A stretch of DNA of 64,000 nucleotides from the NCBI GenBank assembly GCA_951406725.2, contig OX597816.1, forward strand, positions 71,610,001 through 71,674,000. The letters are read 5' to 3'. The notes under the pieces are model-generated. The model was not told where the DNA came from. It made no database searches and worked only from the letters and a program-made list of their open reading frames with translations. The translations under genes were made by a program, and so were the position numbers. This document shows positions 1 to 19,430 of the stretch, piece after piece. How positions within the stretch are numbered: the stretch's first letter is position 1; every line of letters starts with the position of its first letter. The stretch is from Octopus vulgaris (lineage: Eukaryota).

Positions 1-49
1 GTGCTGAAGAACTGTCGATTGTATTTACTGTAATTCTTGAACGCCCCCA

Positions 50-550
50 CCTTTTTTTTAATCATCCAGAGACGAATCAAATGCAAAGTTGACTTCGATG
101 GGATTTGAGCTCGGAACGTAAAGCGCTGGAACAAATAATACTGCAGAAGTATTTTGTCCGACGTTCCACCGACTATAGCAATCCATAATTGTTCGCCTTA
201 GTACAGGAGCACACATTTTGTGGAAGGAATAGTTTTCTATTTTGTCAACTTTGGAAGACCGAAAAAGAAAAGGAAAAAAAAAAAGTCGACCACGACAGGA
301 TTTGAACTCGGAACGTAACAGAGGTGTCATTATGATTTGTTTTATAATTTTCGCACAAGCCCAGTAATTTTGATAGGAGGGGGTGGTAGAAGTCGATTAC
401 ATCGACCTCGGTACTTGACAAGTACTTAGTCTATTGACCTCGAAAGTACAAATGATAAAGTTAACCTCAGCGGGAATAGGACTCGGGAACATAATAATGA
501 TTTGGAAAAAATACCGCAAAGCTTTCCTTCCGATGCTCTACTATTTCTGC
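50..550 (-). mobile_element. Two degenerate copies of SINE family A (tRNA-like head, conserved core)
   Basis: Reverse-complement matches to family A motifs: aaagtcgac...atttgaactcggaacgta; agtcgattacatcgacctcggtacttgac. Confidence 0.6.
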
Positions 551-772
551 TTCTCAGAAGGATAGGGAGAAAGATTGATAGCTTCTTTCTGTTTTTATTC
601 TTATTATTATTATTGTTAATTAAATTCAGATATGAAGCTATAAGTTTAACTGGCTAGCAGAGACTGAAACAGATGAGTGAATTAAAACAGTGTTATATCG
701 AACATAACGAGACAGAAAAAAAAAAATGTTAGAAACTATTATTTGTGAGACAAATAGTTTAGTGAAATTTAC

Positions 773-976
773 GCTGGCAGGGAGAAGAATATAATCGGTA
801 AAATTGTGGCATCTGTTTTGCCAAACTGGGATAAGGTAAAAGACAGAAGTTTATTTATCCCGGCAAAAATACACAAAATACTTTTCTTATTTTCATTTTC
901 AGGAGAAATGCATAAATAAACAGTCGTTATATATACATATAGAGAAACTGCAGTCAATAGATATAAGGATATAAGG

Positions 977-1024
<48 letters not shown>

Positions 1025-1025
1025 A

Positions 1026-1056
<31 letters not shown>

Positions 1057-2222
1057 TACATGCATGGCAGATGTTAAATATGGGTTAAATTCCGGTGAAA
1101 AAGAAAATAAAACAAAGATAAAAATCCCCGGAGTTTGTTCCATAGAAAGCTCCACTGCTTTCATTGGAATTGATCCAATTTCCTTTGTCTTTTATATGGA
1201 AGACGAAGGTTTGGTGAGACCATATTAGGTTATCAATAGGCTGTGCCAACAAGAAGGAATATTAAAAAGAAAAAAAGAATTGGGGATTGGGGCAATCCCT
1301 GCTGTCCCCCTCCTACAGAATTCCAAATGCAAACGGGATTTCTTCCATTCTATAGAAGAAGCGGGAGGCACACTAGAACCCGAAAACCAAGTTATATATA
1401 TATACACGCAAACAAAAATTAGCTGTATGTATTATTTTTTTTTTGTCGGAGAAATATAATTCCATAATTAACATGAAAAAAAGTGTCATTTATTGTGAAA
1501 ACAGGAAGAATTTGTCGTAATATAATTTTTAAAAAATCAAAGAAAAACTGATAAAAACTCACCCATTATTATATTAGATTTCTCGTGAAAACGTTTCTCA
1601 AGTAATAACAATAACAATAATGGTAAATATCCAAGAGGAATTATATACGTGTGTGTGTTTATATTAATATATATAATATGCAGATATATGTTAACGTAGA
1701 TATTATAAGGTGAAAAATATGAATGGCTATATATATATATGTATATGTATATATATTTATATAAGTATGTATATATGTGTTAAAAAATTGACAGCTATGT
1801 AGCTTCTGGAAATATCCACTTATAGAGACAAGATTTTGGGGAAAGATTCAAAGAACAGGTGTATAAATTGCGAAAGATTGTCAAAACAAGACTAGGTTTG
1901 AATTACTTGAAAGAGGCAGTGAGACAGGTAAAATGTATCCTGAGAGAAAAAGGAAACAATCTTTCGATATATATATATATGTATGTATAGATACAGAGGC
2001 AGCTCAGGCAAATGGTAAAGTTGGAATAAATATGTAAACAAATACGATTTTTTTTCTTCTTTTTTTAGGGTTCCTTTTTATCCTGTTCTTAAGAAGCGAC
2101 AACTTATTTTCGGATCTGGCAGCAGTTGTTATTGTGTTTGATATATAAAGTGTTGGAAATGATACCAGCTTGTCTATCTGGCTCTGTTGACGCTCCGTGC
2201 TTTATTAAAATTATTATTATTA
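773..2222 (-). other. Candidate mostly non-coding exon of a minus-strand host gene
   Basis: Long minus-strand pyrimidine tract (2229-2330) ending ccctatAG at 2224-2223; apparently TE-free unique sequence; weak donor C|GTAAAT at 772; last ATG (812) gives MPQFYRLYSSPCQ. Confidence 0.25.
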
Positions 2223-3264
2223 CTATAGGGAGTGTTAAAGAGACGGTGGGGGAAGATAGAGAGAGAGAGAGTAAAAGTTAGAGAGTGGGTGTGAGAGAGA
2301 GGGAGAAGGAAAGAACGAAAGGGTTAGCGCTTCAGTGTTAATGTTTGTGTATGTATGAATGTGTGTGTGTGTGTGTGGCTGAATCTATTTGTGTGTGACA
2401 GAGGAAGGAAGAATATGTATGTGAGAGGGAAAGAGTGCGCGTAAGCATAAGAGAAAGAGAGCGTGTGAAAGAAAGGGAGAGAGAATAGATGATTATAGAA
2501 ACAGAAAGCGCGCGCGTGTTTGAGTGCGTATAGACGAGATAAAGATTATGTGTGTGTGTGCGCGCGCATGTGTTGTGCTGTGTGTGTGTGAAAAAGGGAA
2601 AGGGAGAGAATATGCGTGAATTCAAGAAAGAGAAGTAGAGGAGACAAAGAAAGAGTAAGTGAGAAAGAGAGAGGGGAGAAAGGGTGAGAGTTTATTTGTG
2701 AGAAAGAGATGAGTGAGACGGAGAAAGTGTAAGAGAGTGACTCAAAGGAATGGTGAAAATATGAGAGAAAGATAGAGAGAGAGAGATAGTGAAACTAAGA
2801 AATGGTAAGAATATGAGAGAGAATCTAAAAAATAGGGAAGATGTATGAGAAAGTGAGAGCGCTTAGAAGAAATGGTGAATGTATTTTGTGTAAAAGATAG
2901 ACGTGTGTGTGTGTTAGAAAAAAAGTGTACAGATGTTTGAGAGAGGAACAGGAAGAAATGAAGAGACAGAAGATAAGTGAAAGTGCGTGTACATGTATGT
3001 ATCTATATGTCTTGCCTATATGTGTGTGTCTGTATCCTTGCATGTGTGTGTGTGGGTTTGTGTGTGCTTATATGTATGTTTGTGAGTGTGTGTGTGTGTG
3101 TTGACACAAGAAGAGGGAGCGAGGGCGAAGTGTTTTGGTTAAGACAGAACACAAGGAAAGGGATTAAAGATGGAAGTAAGGTGAAACGCTTTATTTCTTT
3201 CTTAGTAATCCAGTGTAGTAGCAGTGTGTTTGTAGATTTAAGGATCAGATGGTAGCAGTAGTTT

Positions 3265-9130
<5,866 letters not shown>

Positions 9131-9254
9131 TTCTTCATTCTTCGTTTGGTTTGCATGGTGTGGTGATGCAACGATAGAACTGGAGGTTGTTGTGACACGC
9201 ATGCCTTTCCCGATGTCATCAGTTATCCGGAAAGTGAAGCTTCAAACTAGAATC

Positions 9255-9283
9255 AATGACGATGATGATGATGGTGATGATGG

Positions 9284-9351
<68 letters not shown>

Positions 9352-10381
9352 GTAATGATGATGATGATGACCAGCTTTTATGACTAGGTAGTTTTTCAAG
9401 GCTTCATATGTAATCATGTGTACGCAGTGGGGGGAGCGGAGAGGAGTGGAGTAGGAGCAGGAGATAATAAGACGAAGAGAGGAAGGAAGGAAGGAAGGAA
9501 GGAAGGAAGGGAGAGAAAGAGAGAGACACAAACAGAGAAAGTATGAGAAGGAGAGAGAGAGAGTGAGTGAGAAAAAGGGGGGGGGTGAATGGTGTGTTGT
9601 GTTGTGTTGTGACATTCATTCCTGTCCTATCCAACGCCGTTATGGAAAAAGAAAATAACACCCAACAGCGATAACATCATCGGCAATCACAACCACAGCA
9701 ATAACAACAACAACAACAACGGCAATAATAATATTAATTGTAATAAACGACTTACAATGAGAAGAACTTGAAGTGTAAATTATATTTTTTCCTTCTCCTC
9801 TTCTTCCGCCTCCTCCTCCTCTTCCTTCTTCTGCTTCGGTGCTGACTTGGTATCTTTCCCCCAGGGGTAACAGATACTAAATATTGCCCATATAACCCCG
9901 ACAGGGCTTCGTATACTGATGTTGTTATTTCCACACTTCTGCTCTTTCTCTCTCTCTCTCTCACCCTCACCCTTTCTCGCTATATCTTTCTTTCTTTCTC
10001 TCTCTCTCTTTTCTCTTTTCGCGCTTTTTTCTTCCCCCTTTGCTTTCACTTTCCTTTTCTATCTTGTCTTTTCCTTTCCTTTCCCGTCACCGCCGTCGTT
10101 CTTCTCTTCTCCCTAAATCATGCTATTTGCTCTCTTCATCGATGCCTTCTTATTTTTTTTTTTTTTCCCCGGGTGTACGACGAAAAGAAAGCAGCAAGAG
10201 AGGAGCGAACGGACGACTGGCAAGGGTCGGGGGAGTAGGAGGAAGGGCGGCAGATGAGGAGAGCGATGTTTGAAAGAGGGCGACGACACGAATCGGCTAA
10301 CACAAAACACTACTCCTCCCCATCCTCATCCTCCTCCTTTTTCTTCTTCTCATCCTTGTACTCATCTTCGTCGTCGTCCTG

Positions 10382-10463
<82 letters not shown>

Positions 10464-10580
10464 CAAACTATAATGGTTTACCTTCTCCACTCGCTGCATG
10501 CATGCACACGACGTGAACTTACGTATGCTTTGATCCATATATTCAATATGCATGTATGAATGTATGTATGTATGTTTATA

Positions 10581-10630
<50 letters not shown>

Positions 10631-10779
10631 AATGAATGAATGCTTGCATCCATGTATGTATATCATGTATGCACGTATGTATGTATGTATGTATGTATGT
10701 ACGTTCGTGTGTATTTACATAAGTAGCGCACATGTTTGAATGCATGTATATGAATGAGTGTACATATGGATGTGTATGA

Positions 10780-10825
<46 letters not shown>

Positions 10826-11246
10826 TCATATGTATAAATACACACACATTCATATATATATATATATACACACACACATTCATATATATATATATATACG
10901 CGCACGCACACATACATATACACACATGCATGTATGTAATTATTGATGCCTAGATATGTGCATGTATGCAGGCATATTTACACATGTATTTAACCATACA
11001 TACGCATGCTCACGTGCATTATTGCATACGCGTGCATATAAGCACATATATCCTAAATGCACGCTTGTAAATAAATAATGTATGCACATCTGCTTTAGAC
11101 ACACACACACACACATTATATATGTGTGTGCGTGTGCGCGCGTGTGTGTGTATTTATGTATGTATTACACATACAGTGATCGATACGTGTATATTAATAT
11201 ACACGCTTAGATATCTATATACATGCGTGAACATATAATTATAAAC

Positions 11247-11277
<31 letters not shown>

Positions 11278-11453
11278 TATATGTATGTGTGTGTGTATGT
11301 ATGTATGTATGTGTGTGTATGTATGTATGTATGTATGTATGTATGTATGTATGTATGTATGTGTGTATGTGTGTGTGTATGTATGTATGTATTATGTATG
11401 AATGTATGTATGTATGAATGTATATATATGTATGCATGTGCGTGTATGTATGC

Positions 11454-11484
<31 letters not shown>

Positions 11485-12427
11485 TGTATGTATGTATGTA
11501 TGTATCTATCTATCTATCTATCCATCTGTCTGTCTACACACACACACACACATACATACATACATATACAGGTGCCCCTACGCACACATAATCTATCCTC
11601 ACCGCTGTTGCGTTTTGGGGAGAGAATGTTTTGGATTCCCACCCACCCATCCACCCGAAAATATGTTTGTAATTTTGACGGAAATGACAATGCATGCAAC
11701 AACAAACATATTCTTCCTCTCCTGCCACCATCATTACCATCATCACCATCATCACCATCATCATCATCATCATCATCATCATTGCTATTCCATCTCTTTA
11801 ATTATTTTCGTCATCATCATTATCGTCATCACTACCTACCAAACATGAACCATTATTACTGTCATCACCATCAACACCAGCCCGCCACCGTCACTACCAC
11901 TACATCCCCGCCTCCATCACCACCACTACCACCACCCACCACCACCACCACCACCACCACACTACCACCACCACAGTTCCTCTACAGGTACTGCCACCAC
12001 CACAACCGCCACTACTAGCACCATCTCCACCACCAACCACCACAGCCACCACCAACCCCCACAGCCACTACCACCACCACCACCATCACCACCACCACCA
12101 CCACCACCACCACCACCACCACCGTCCCTACCAATGCTTTTGTTCTAGTCATCTCAAACACGTAACTCTCCCCCCACCTTTCAACCGCCACCTCAACCAC
12201 CACCATCACCACCACCACCACCACCACCACCACCTCAAATCTCTTCGTGAATTCAGTAAATTCACAGAAGCCCCCTCCACTTCTCCACCCCTCATTTCCT
12301 CTTATACACCCTTATGATCCTGTCTCCCCCGCCACCACCATACCACCACCACCACCACCACTCTCACACTAACTCATCAGATTTAAAGTCTGTTAAAACA
12401 AAACAAATGCAACTCATCTCAATAACG

Positions 12428-12469
<42 letters not shown>

Positions 12470-12480
12470 GTTTGTGTATG
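9255..12480. repeat. Compound microsatellites (GAT)n, (TAC)n, (TG)n, (TATG)n, (CAT)n, (CAC)n
   Basis: Directly visible simple repeats. Confidence 0.95.
9756..10150 (-). other. Candidate upstream non-coding exon ending in a consensus splice donor
   Basis: Minus strand ...ttctcatt|GTAAGT (plus acttac 9750-9755); CpG-richer unique segment 10165-10310 flanked by GA/CT tracts; 5' boundary is a guess. Confidence 0.3.
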
Positions 12481-13196
12481 CATGCATGCATGCATGTATG
12501 CGTTTGTGCGTTTGTGTGTATGTGTCAGTGTGAGTATGGTTGGAAATAGCATGTCACAATATTAATAAATTTCTCATTAATAATTAGTAAGGTAAGTGAA
12601 GTTATTAACTCTCAGTCAGATCGACCCTGATTTAATAAACCCTTCTGTTCGTGTTCTTTCTGTTCTGTTCTGGTCGTGACCATCTTTTGTCCAAACCAAA
12701 GAGCAAGCAAGGGCAGCCTTTTTCGAGAAGCGAGCCGCATGAGACCAGAGAGGTATTTGCATCATTATAGGCCCCTGAGCAAATCAATGCACACAGTCCT
12801 ATTATATTTATTTATTGACAGCAAAACACCGCATTCATGGATCAGAATTGGGCCTCTAGGCTTGTGAGGCTCCAGGACAAATGTCCCGTGTATCCAAGCT
12901 ATAAGACGACACTGTATGAGATAAGACTCATCACCAGAGAGCCACACTACCAAAAAAAATTAAGGTAATTTTTCGTTAGACAAGCCGTTCAGAAATCTCC
13001 CGGACTGCAGGTTTTCCATGATGACAATAAGCAGAATATTCAAAAGCTCGTGATCCAGTATTTGTGTGCGTTTCTTTATTATTCTCGCTATAGCGAGAAT
13101 AGGTTAAACGTCATTTCTGCCGGATTCCCTGTGAAAAAAGAAGACACATCCGATTCTGTCCATTAGTTTGCCTGCTATAGTTAATCCTGAGCGGTT

Positions 13197-13616
13197 TATG
13201 CGAGTTGGCAGAAACGTTAGCACGCCGGGCGGAATGCTTTGCAGTATTTCGTCTGCCGCTACGTTCTGAGTTAAAATTCCGCCGAGGTCGACTTTGCCTT
13301 TCATCCTTTCGGGGTCGATTACATAAGTACCAGTTACGCACTGAGGGTCGATATAATCGACTTAATCCGTTTGTCTGTCCTTGTTTGCCCTCTCTGTGTT
13401 TAGCCCCTTGTGGGTAGTAAAGAAATAGGTATTTCGTCTGCCGCTACATTCTGAGTTCAAATTCCGCCGAGGTCAACTTTGCCTTTCATCCTTTCAGGGT
13501 CGATTACATAAGTACCAGTTACGCACTGGGGGTCGATATAATCGACTTAATCCGTTTGTCTGTCCTTGTTTGTCCTCTCTGTGTTTAGCTCCTTGTGGGT
13601 AGTAAAGAAATAGGTA
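13197..13616 (+). mobile_element. SINE family A, head plus one headless tandem unit (period 185 bp)
   Basis: A-box-like tggcagaaacgttag, B-box-like gagttcaaattcc, core gcctttcatcctttcggggtcgat..aagtaccag; unit restarts at gtatttcgtctgcc 13244 and 13429. Confidence 0.85.
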
Positions 13617-14094
13617 TATGCTACTATTTATCTTATTGCTCGGGAGCCCAGGTGGAGGGTAAAGTTAAACAGAGGGGCCCAAGTCTGACAGGGTTAATGG
13701 TTTACTCGTGGTCGGTGTTCGTGGAAGTTGATGACTGCTGAAGAAACATCGGCAAGAATGGAATAACGAGATTGAGTACTTGCATATGGTTTGTGGGAAA
13801 CGTTTCAGCAGTGACGTAGCTAAAGTCTGTGCTGTCCAAGGCAACCCTTGACGTTTAAGTATCCCTTCTACGTTCCCAAGTTCATACAGGCGTTTACAGC
13901 AGACCCAAATACACTGCCCCAGTAAAAGCAATCATCGGGGTGGACGCCTTTTCATCCCCTCTCCTAACTACGATAATGCGTATCTGCTATTTTTTGCAGG
14001 TCAATCAAGCGAGTAGATCAGTGCCCCACAACCTTTTTTTCACTCGCAGCATACTTATATTCTTTTTAGAATTCAGCGGCACACCTGAACTAAA

Positions 14095-14300
14095 GGTATT
14101 CTTTTCTTTGTTTCAGTTTTGAATGCGGCCATGCTGGTGCACCGCCTTTAGTCGGACAAATCAACTCTAGAACTTATTCTTTGTAAGCCTAGTACTTATT
14201 CTATCGGTCTCTTTTGCCGAACCGCTAGGTTACAGGGAAGTAAACTCACCAGCATCGGTTGTAAAGCGATGATGGTGGGGGACAAATACAGACATACAAA
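14095..14300 (-). mobile_element. SINE family B, 3' half
   Basis: gcggccatgctgg..caccgcctttagtcg..cctagtacttattctatcggtctcttttgccgaaccgcta, followed by a (TA/CA)n tract. Confidence 0.85.
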
Positions 14301-14302
14301 CA

Positions 14303-14338
<36 letters not shown>

Positions 14339-14399
14339 CATATATATATGTATATATATATATATATATACATATATACACACACATATATATACACAC

Positions 14400-14449
<50 letters not shown>

Positions 14450-14553
14450 ATATATATATATATATACACACATATACATATATATATATACACACGTATA
14501 CATATATATATACACACATATATATATACATATATATACACACACACACACAC

Positions 14554-14611
<58 letters not shown>

Positions 14612-14980
14612 CAAACTAGGACAAGAACGCAAAACATTTAGAAGACGATACAAAAAATACGGACGGGACACTCGAAGCCTTCAATCTTCAATCAAGAACC
14701 GGATCATCCTCGCAATTTCGGCTGATTAATCTTGAGATTGCTCCAATCTGGCCAGCCCCAAGGAAAAACTAAGCTAAGCGCATTAGGGTCTTTGGAAGAA
14801 ATCTTCGAATGTATACAAAACAAGGACGGAAAAATGGACGATGTTACACGAATATGAATACAAAAATAATACGTAAAAACAATAATAATAATACATAAAA
14901 ACAATAATAATAACAGGACATCACAAACAGGCGTCTTTCGACTAGGACGAATTAAACTTAACTGGCGTGTTAGGAATGTG
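14612..14980 (-). mobile_element. Possible Penelope-like terminal fragment adjoining a (TA)n tract
   Basis: Non-coding block abutting the SINE B microsatellite, similar in context and composition to the 56487 and 60535 blocks; no clear hammerhead core. Confidence 0.3.
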
Positions 14981-15029
14981 CCTTGGGGCAGAGAAAAATT
15001 TTGTTATATACACACATACATATATACAT

Positions 15030-15226
15030 CGCAGAACCAGGAAGAACGAGTGAGAGTTGGGGCGAAAGAGTACAACAGGAGTCGCCACCAATCCATGCCG
15101 AAGCCTCGTGGAGGTTTTAGGTGTTTTTGCTCAATAAACACACACAGCGCCCGGTCTGGGAATCGAAACCGCGATCCTCCGACCGCGAGTTCGCTGCCCT
15201 AACCACTAGGCCATTGCGCCTCCACC
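15030..15226 (-). mobile_element. SINE family C (tRNA-derived head), truncated
   Basis: Reverse complement of ggaggcgcaatggcctagtggttagggcagcg..ctcgcggtcggaggatcgcggtttcgattcccagaccgggcg. Confidence 0.85.
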
Positions 15227-16198
15227 ATCACTCTAGATATGCCAGGGAATAGGTGTATGCTGTGCTGTAACTCTACGATTGACGATAACGAAAGCTTGTT
15301 TACATTACAATGCTCATAACACCCTCGATACTATATTAATGAAAACAATGAGTTATGAGCTAATTAAAAGTTAATTATTTTGATAAATAATGTTTGTTAA
15401 TGAAGTTCGTTTATTTTTCAGTCGGTAATTTATATTTGTGTATTTATTTTTTTAGATAAATAGTTCTGGTTAGTACCTTCAAACACATTAGCCTCACGAA
15501 TAAAAATAAGATAACATCTAAGTAAATAGCTGAAAATATAAGGAGGCGTAATTAGGGATGGAAATGGCGGCGAGTTAGTTGGGGAATGGCGCTCCTTTAT
15601 TTCTTAGCTCACAGAGAGGAATGGCTTAACGTGTCTATTCCGATCTTCATAATCTTAGCCCCAAGTACTTTAGTGTATTCCAAGTCCTTATATCATTTGC
15701 ATCACTGAACCTAAATGCAGTTTGATGGCTTCACTGACTTACACGTCAAAGAGGATTGTGAGCGGCCAGCGTGTGTGGTCTGTTGCATGGAAAGATCTTT
15801 TCGTATGAGAACCTGAAGCCAAAGAAACTACATGGCAGTCTTCGTTACGTTTACTATGCGTGTGATGCAAGAGTTTTGGAGGAAATTCGAAGACTGGTAC
15901 GCCCTCTCAAAGATCAGTGATATTGATTCTATGTCCCGCAAGCAATGCAGTCTACGTGTCCCAAGAAGAAGCTTATCACTGAATAATATGTAGAAAAACT
16001 CCAATTTAACGGCGGAGGAGTTTACCACGCCTAGGTCGTAAATACTCGTGCGAAACATGTTTTATGAGAGCAAAAGAACAAAGCTGTCAAAAGTATGTCT
16101 CTAACACCGGATACATGTCATTGTAGTGCATGATGGGAAGCAAGTTGTTGCAAAAATCAAAGCAGTGGCACATCTTCACATTAATAATTGGATGAGTC

Positions 16199-16663
16199 TG
16201 TAGTGACGCTATTTTTGGAAGTTTTCAGCGCGTATGCGCAGAGTTGGATTACTTCCGGTAGGCCGCCGGAAGTTCCCTTATGCGCATGCGCAGAGAACTA
16301 CAAACTGAAAGCGTTCCCGCTAAATCTGTCTTCTTGAATCAGCAGCCCTACCGAATGGACGTGACCAACCTTCTCTCAGGGAAAGCCCTACATATAGAGA
16401 AGCTCTCTTCTAAGCGGGAACGGAGACGGTGATTTTGGCTCACACAAGTGAACATTTGTGAACAGTCATGTGAACTTGGTTATCGGTTCGCCCTTAAGGA
16501 AAATATATGTCTGTATATTTTTGTATTTGCGAAACCCGGAAAAAATAAAGTATTATTCATTGCTATTGTAGACAGTCGGATTTTGGTTCTCCCTCCGACA
16601 ATTGTATGTGACAAGATAAGACAGACACCCTTGAAGTGTTCCTGAGACCTTCATCTTGTTACA
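16199..16663 (+). mobile_element. Solo LTR (465 bp), Ty3/Gypsy-like
   Basis: TGTA...TACA termini; 4-bp TSD AGTC at 16195-16198 and 16664-16667; AATAAA at 16544-16549; removing it restores the hAT LDES motif. Confidence 0.85.
16228..16303. promoter_or_regulatory. NRF1 plus inverted ETS motif cluster inside the solo LTR
   Basis: TGCGCATGCGCA 16281-16292; gcgtatgcgca 16230-16240; ACTTCCGG 16251-16258 and CCGGAAGT 16266-16273; ACTACAA 16297-16303. Confidence 0.6.
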
Positions 16664-16779
16664 AGTCTATTGCTATTTCTAATTGTGCTCAGTCGATCAG
16701 CTGATCTACTTTGCTCACCATGTTGTTGATGATCAACAGAAAGAGTACTGGTTTTGCATTCTGCTTGCAACAACAACCA

Positions 16780-17003
16780 TAGACAGTGGCAAAAGATGGC
16801 AGGAGCAGCGACACAGATCAATGTAGACTCTGTAACGAGGATGTGGAATCTACAGAACATCTCTGGCTGAAATGTCCGGCCCTGATGGTGGAAACGCTAT
16901 ATCTGCCAACTAGGAGCTACAATGGATGAGATGATTCGTCTCCCTTCCGCGGCTCTTGCGCTTGAGAGTTATCCTCAGGTGCTTGAGGTGACCAACAACA
17001 GCA
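16780..17003 (+). mobile_element. Non-LTR retrotransposon 3' end with a CCHC zinc knuckle
   Basis: CRLCNEDVESTEHLWLKC (CX2CX8HX4C) at 16822-16875, then a stop and short (CAA)n tail; clade (I/Jockey-group-like) not resolved. Confidence 0.7.
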
Positions 17004-17380
17004 GGAGGCGCAATGGCCCAGTGGTTAGGGCAGCGGACTCGCGGTCGGAGGATCGTGGTTTCGATTCCCAGACCGGGCGTTGTGTGTGTTTATTGAGCGA
17101 AAACACTCAAAGCTCCACGACGCTCCGGCAGGGGGCACCCCTGTTGTACTCTTTCGTTCCAACTTTCTCTCACTCTTTCTTCCTGTTTCTTGTCCCCGAC
17201 TTCCAACGCAACCGCTGAGACTGGATGCGCATTCAGCCATCCATCGATGCTCTCGGAGTCAGGGGTTGACCTGCTTTCTCTTATGCGGGTCTTACGAATA
17301 GCAAAGGACCACGTTTCGAACTTCTCCCACTAATGGGATGAAGACCGCTTCGCTCAACAAACAAACACACAAACAAACAA
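17004..17380 (+). mobile_element. SINE family C, tail type 1
   Basis: tRNA-like head with A/B boxes; tail gcaaccgctgag..ggaccacgtttcgaacttctccc..gctcaacaaacaaac. Confidence 0.9.
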
Positions 17381-18178
17381 AACCACAAGACATTATTGAT
17401 ATACACAGGAAAACAGTGGGCAAAGCTAGATTCTCTTTACATTAATGAGACACCATGAATAATCGGAGTAGTGTCCAATTTTGTTGCTCTGACAAAGAGG
17501 AAAACTCTTTTGTTTACTAACGTAGATTGCGCTACTCACCGTCAAACTATCGTAGTCCAACCGCATATAGCTACTGTTGTCAGTGTTTAACATTTGTTTG
17601 TTTAAAGTGTTGTATGAAGAATTTAGCTCTGAACACTAAGAAAATACTTTTGTGCACTGAATGAATATAGTTGATATGAAGCAAAGTTTGGAGTTGAGTA
17701 TTTCAACTGTAATCAGAAATAACGAACTTCCTTGCTATAATAGCAGACTCTGAAAGCATCACCTTTCATAAGCATAAGTTATCGCATGAATGATTTATGT
17801 ACCAAACATATTTAGAAAGATAAATGTATTGGATTGCTCTTTACAAGGAATAATTTCTTCTATCACTTTTGTTCGAGTTAAAAATGAATGCCTTTTGTCA
17901 ACAAAAAGCGTTATGTTACAAACTAGACCAATTTCTTCAAAGTAGCGAGTTCAGTGCCAGGCGACCAAAATTAGTAAGCATTTGCTCACTCTCAAGACGT
18001 CGGTGACAAAATATTTTACCCGAAGGCAAGGTTCTACAAAAGAACACCGTATGAATAAAGCAGCCATTTCTTCTCACTGAAAATCTCATTTCTTACACAG
18101 ATACTGCAAAAGACGAATTCCTGTTGAGAAATGATTCCATGATCAGTAGCACATTTAACACGACCGAAAGTTTTTGTA

Positions 18179-19430
18179 TTGGTTTGGAAAAGAAGTCCTG
18201 TTGTATTTTTGGCGTGATCACTTTAAGGGTAGTTTTTCAATGCTTACGATAAAATGGTTATTGATTTTTATATTATAATGTTTTCTTTTCCTTCTACGTA
18301 GATTACTTTATACCATTGTGATTAAATTCGTTTCGATATTACTCTTTTACAATAAGTTCAGCTCCGTCCCAAATTAAAACACAGCATACTGTATGAATGC
18401 AAAAGATGCTATTCAGCAATGGAAGCTATTCAGCAAAGGAAAAAGCCGTTCTGTATAATGGAAATGAAGCTTTAAGAGTTCAGATATGCCAACGAAAGTT
18501 TGGCCAGTTTTCCCCGGGAAATCTCTCTCGCAAATTCCTCTCGATTTGGACGACCAAGTTATGTCAATATTGGGCTTCTAAAAACCATAGTTGAGGGGAA
18601 ACCCAAAGCAAGCTACTGGAAAATTAGCAAAATAGTTCAATTCAAGTCACACTTCGATCATAAATCACCTTCATCAACTATGAAACGTGTCTAAACTTAA
18701 TCAGTGACACCTTCGCCATCTGACCGCTTCTCAGCTTAATCAAGAAGTTGCCATCTGCTTGTCCTTGAAGAGTAAACTTGCTACCAAACATTTCCTGTGT
18801 AGAATCATTACAAGTGACAAAAAGCGGGCTCTCTATAATCATAACCAAAGAAAACGATCATGCTAAGCCGCCATTGGAAAATCCATTTCTAAACCAACAC
18901 TACACCCTCAAAAAGTTGTGCTCTGTGTTTGGTGGAATATGAAAAGTGTCGTCTGCCACGGATTGTTAAAACAATACTAAGCAGTTAATACGGAGAAATA
19001 TTGTCGTCCATAGGAAGCATTACACGAAAATTTACAGGAAAAGCACCCATCATTAGTCAGTCATGAAAGGTTGTTGGTCTTACACGATAATGCATGACCA
19101 AATATTGCCAAACTCACTCAGGCAAAAATTATGCCACTAAATATGGATTTTTGCCTCATTTTCCTGACCTTGCTCCATCTGATTATCATGTTTTCAGATC
19201 ATTGCAACATTATTTAGAGGGGAAACAGTTTATTACTTGAGGTGAGGTTAAAAACGATATTGTGTGTTTCCTTGCTTTTACTCCCAAGAGATCAACTATT
19301 TTCCAAATAGATAGGGTTATGTCTTCAATAATGCGGTGAAATATTATCTTAAGTAATTAAACATATAAATTAAAAACAAGGAAGTATTTTTCCCATCTTG
19401 AGATGCGACAGGACTTTCTTTCCAAACTAA
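18179..19430 (+). mobile_element. Full-length decayed mariner element (1252 bp)
   Basis: TA TSDs at 18177-78 and 19431-32; ~30-bp imperfect TIRs ttggtttggaaaagaagtcctgt / acaggactttctttccaaactaa; motifs SRFGRPS, FLCRIITSDKK, LHPQKVVLCVWWN, LHDNA*P, PDLAPSDYHVFRSLQ; stops and frameshifts. Confidence 0.92.

Larger units (their letters stand above)
14019..17420 (+). mobile_element. Fossil hAT (Charlie/ZBED5-like) DNA transposon, interrupted by several insertions
   Basis: Left-end-like cagtgccccacaaccttttt at 14019; BED-finger remnant KEDCERPACVVC / KIFSYENLKPKKL (15745-15840); KQVVAKIK; LDES|IAISNCAQ across the LTR insertion; QLIYFAHHVVDDQQKEYWFCILLATTT (16695-16778); many frameshifts. Confidence 0.75.

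Noticed and set aside
2115-2175. miR-34-like start tggcagcagttg and a possible hairpin
   Set aside because: Does not match the miR-34 seed and pairing is poor
16355-16432. 25-codon ORF after the NRF1/ETS cluster as a host first exon
   Set aside because: It lies inside the TSD-bounded solo LTR and has no convincing donor
17004-17075. tRNA gene (also ~19880, 22253, 38067, 47910)
   Set aside because: The A/B boxes continue into SINE bodies with tails and TSDs and have no closed acceptor stem
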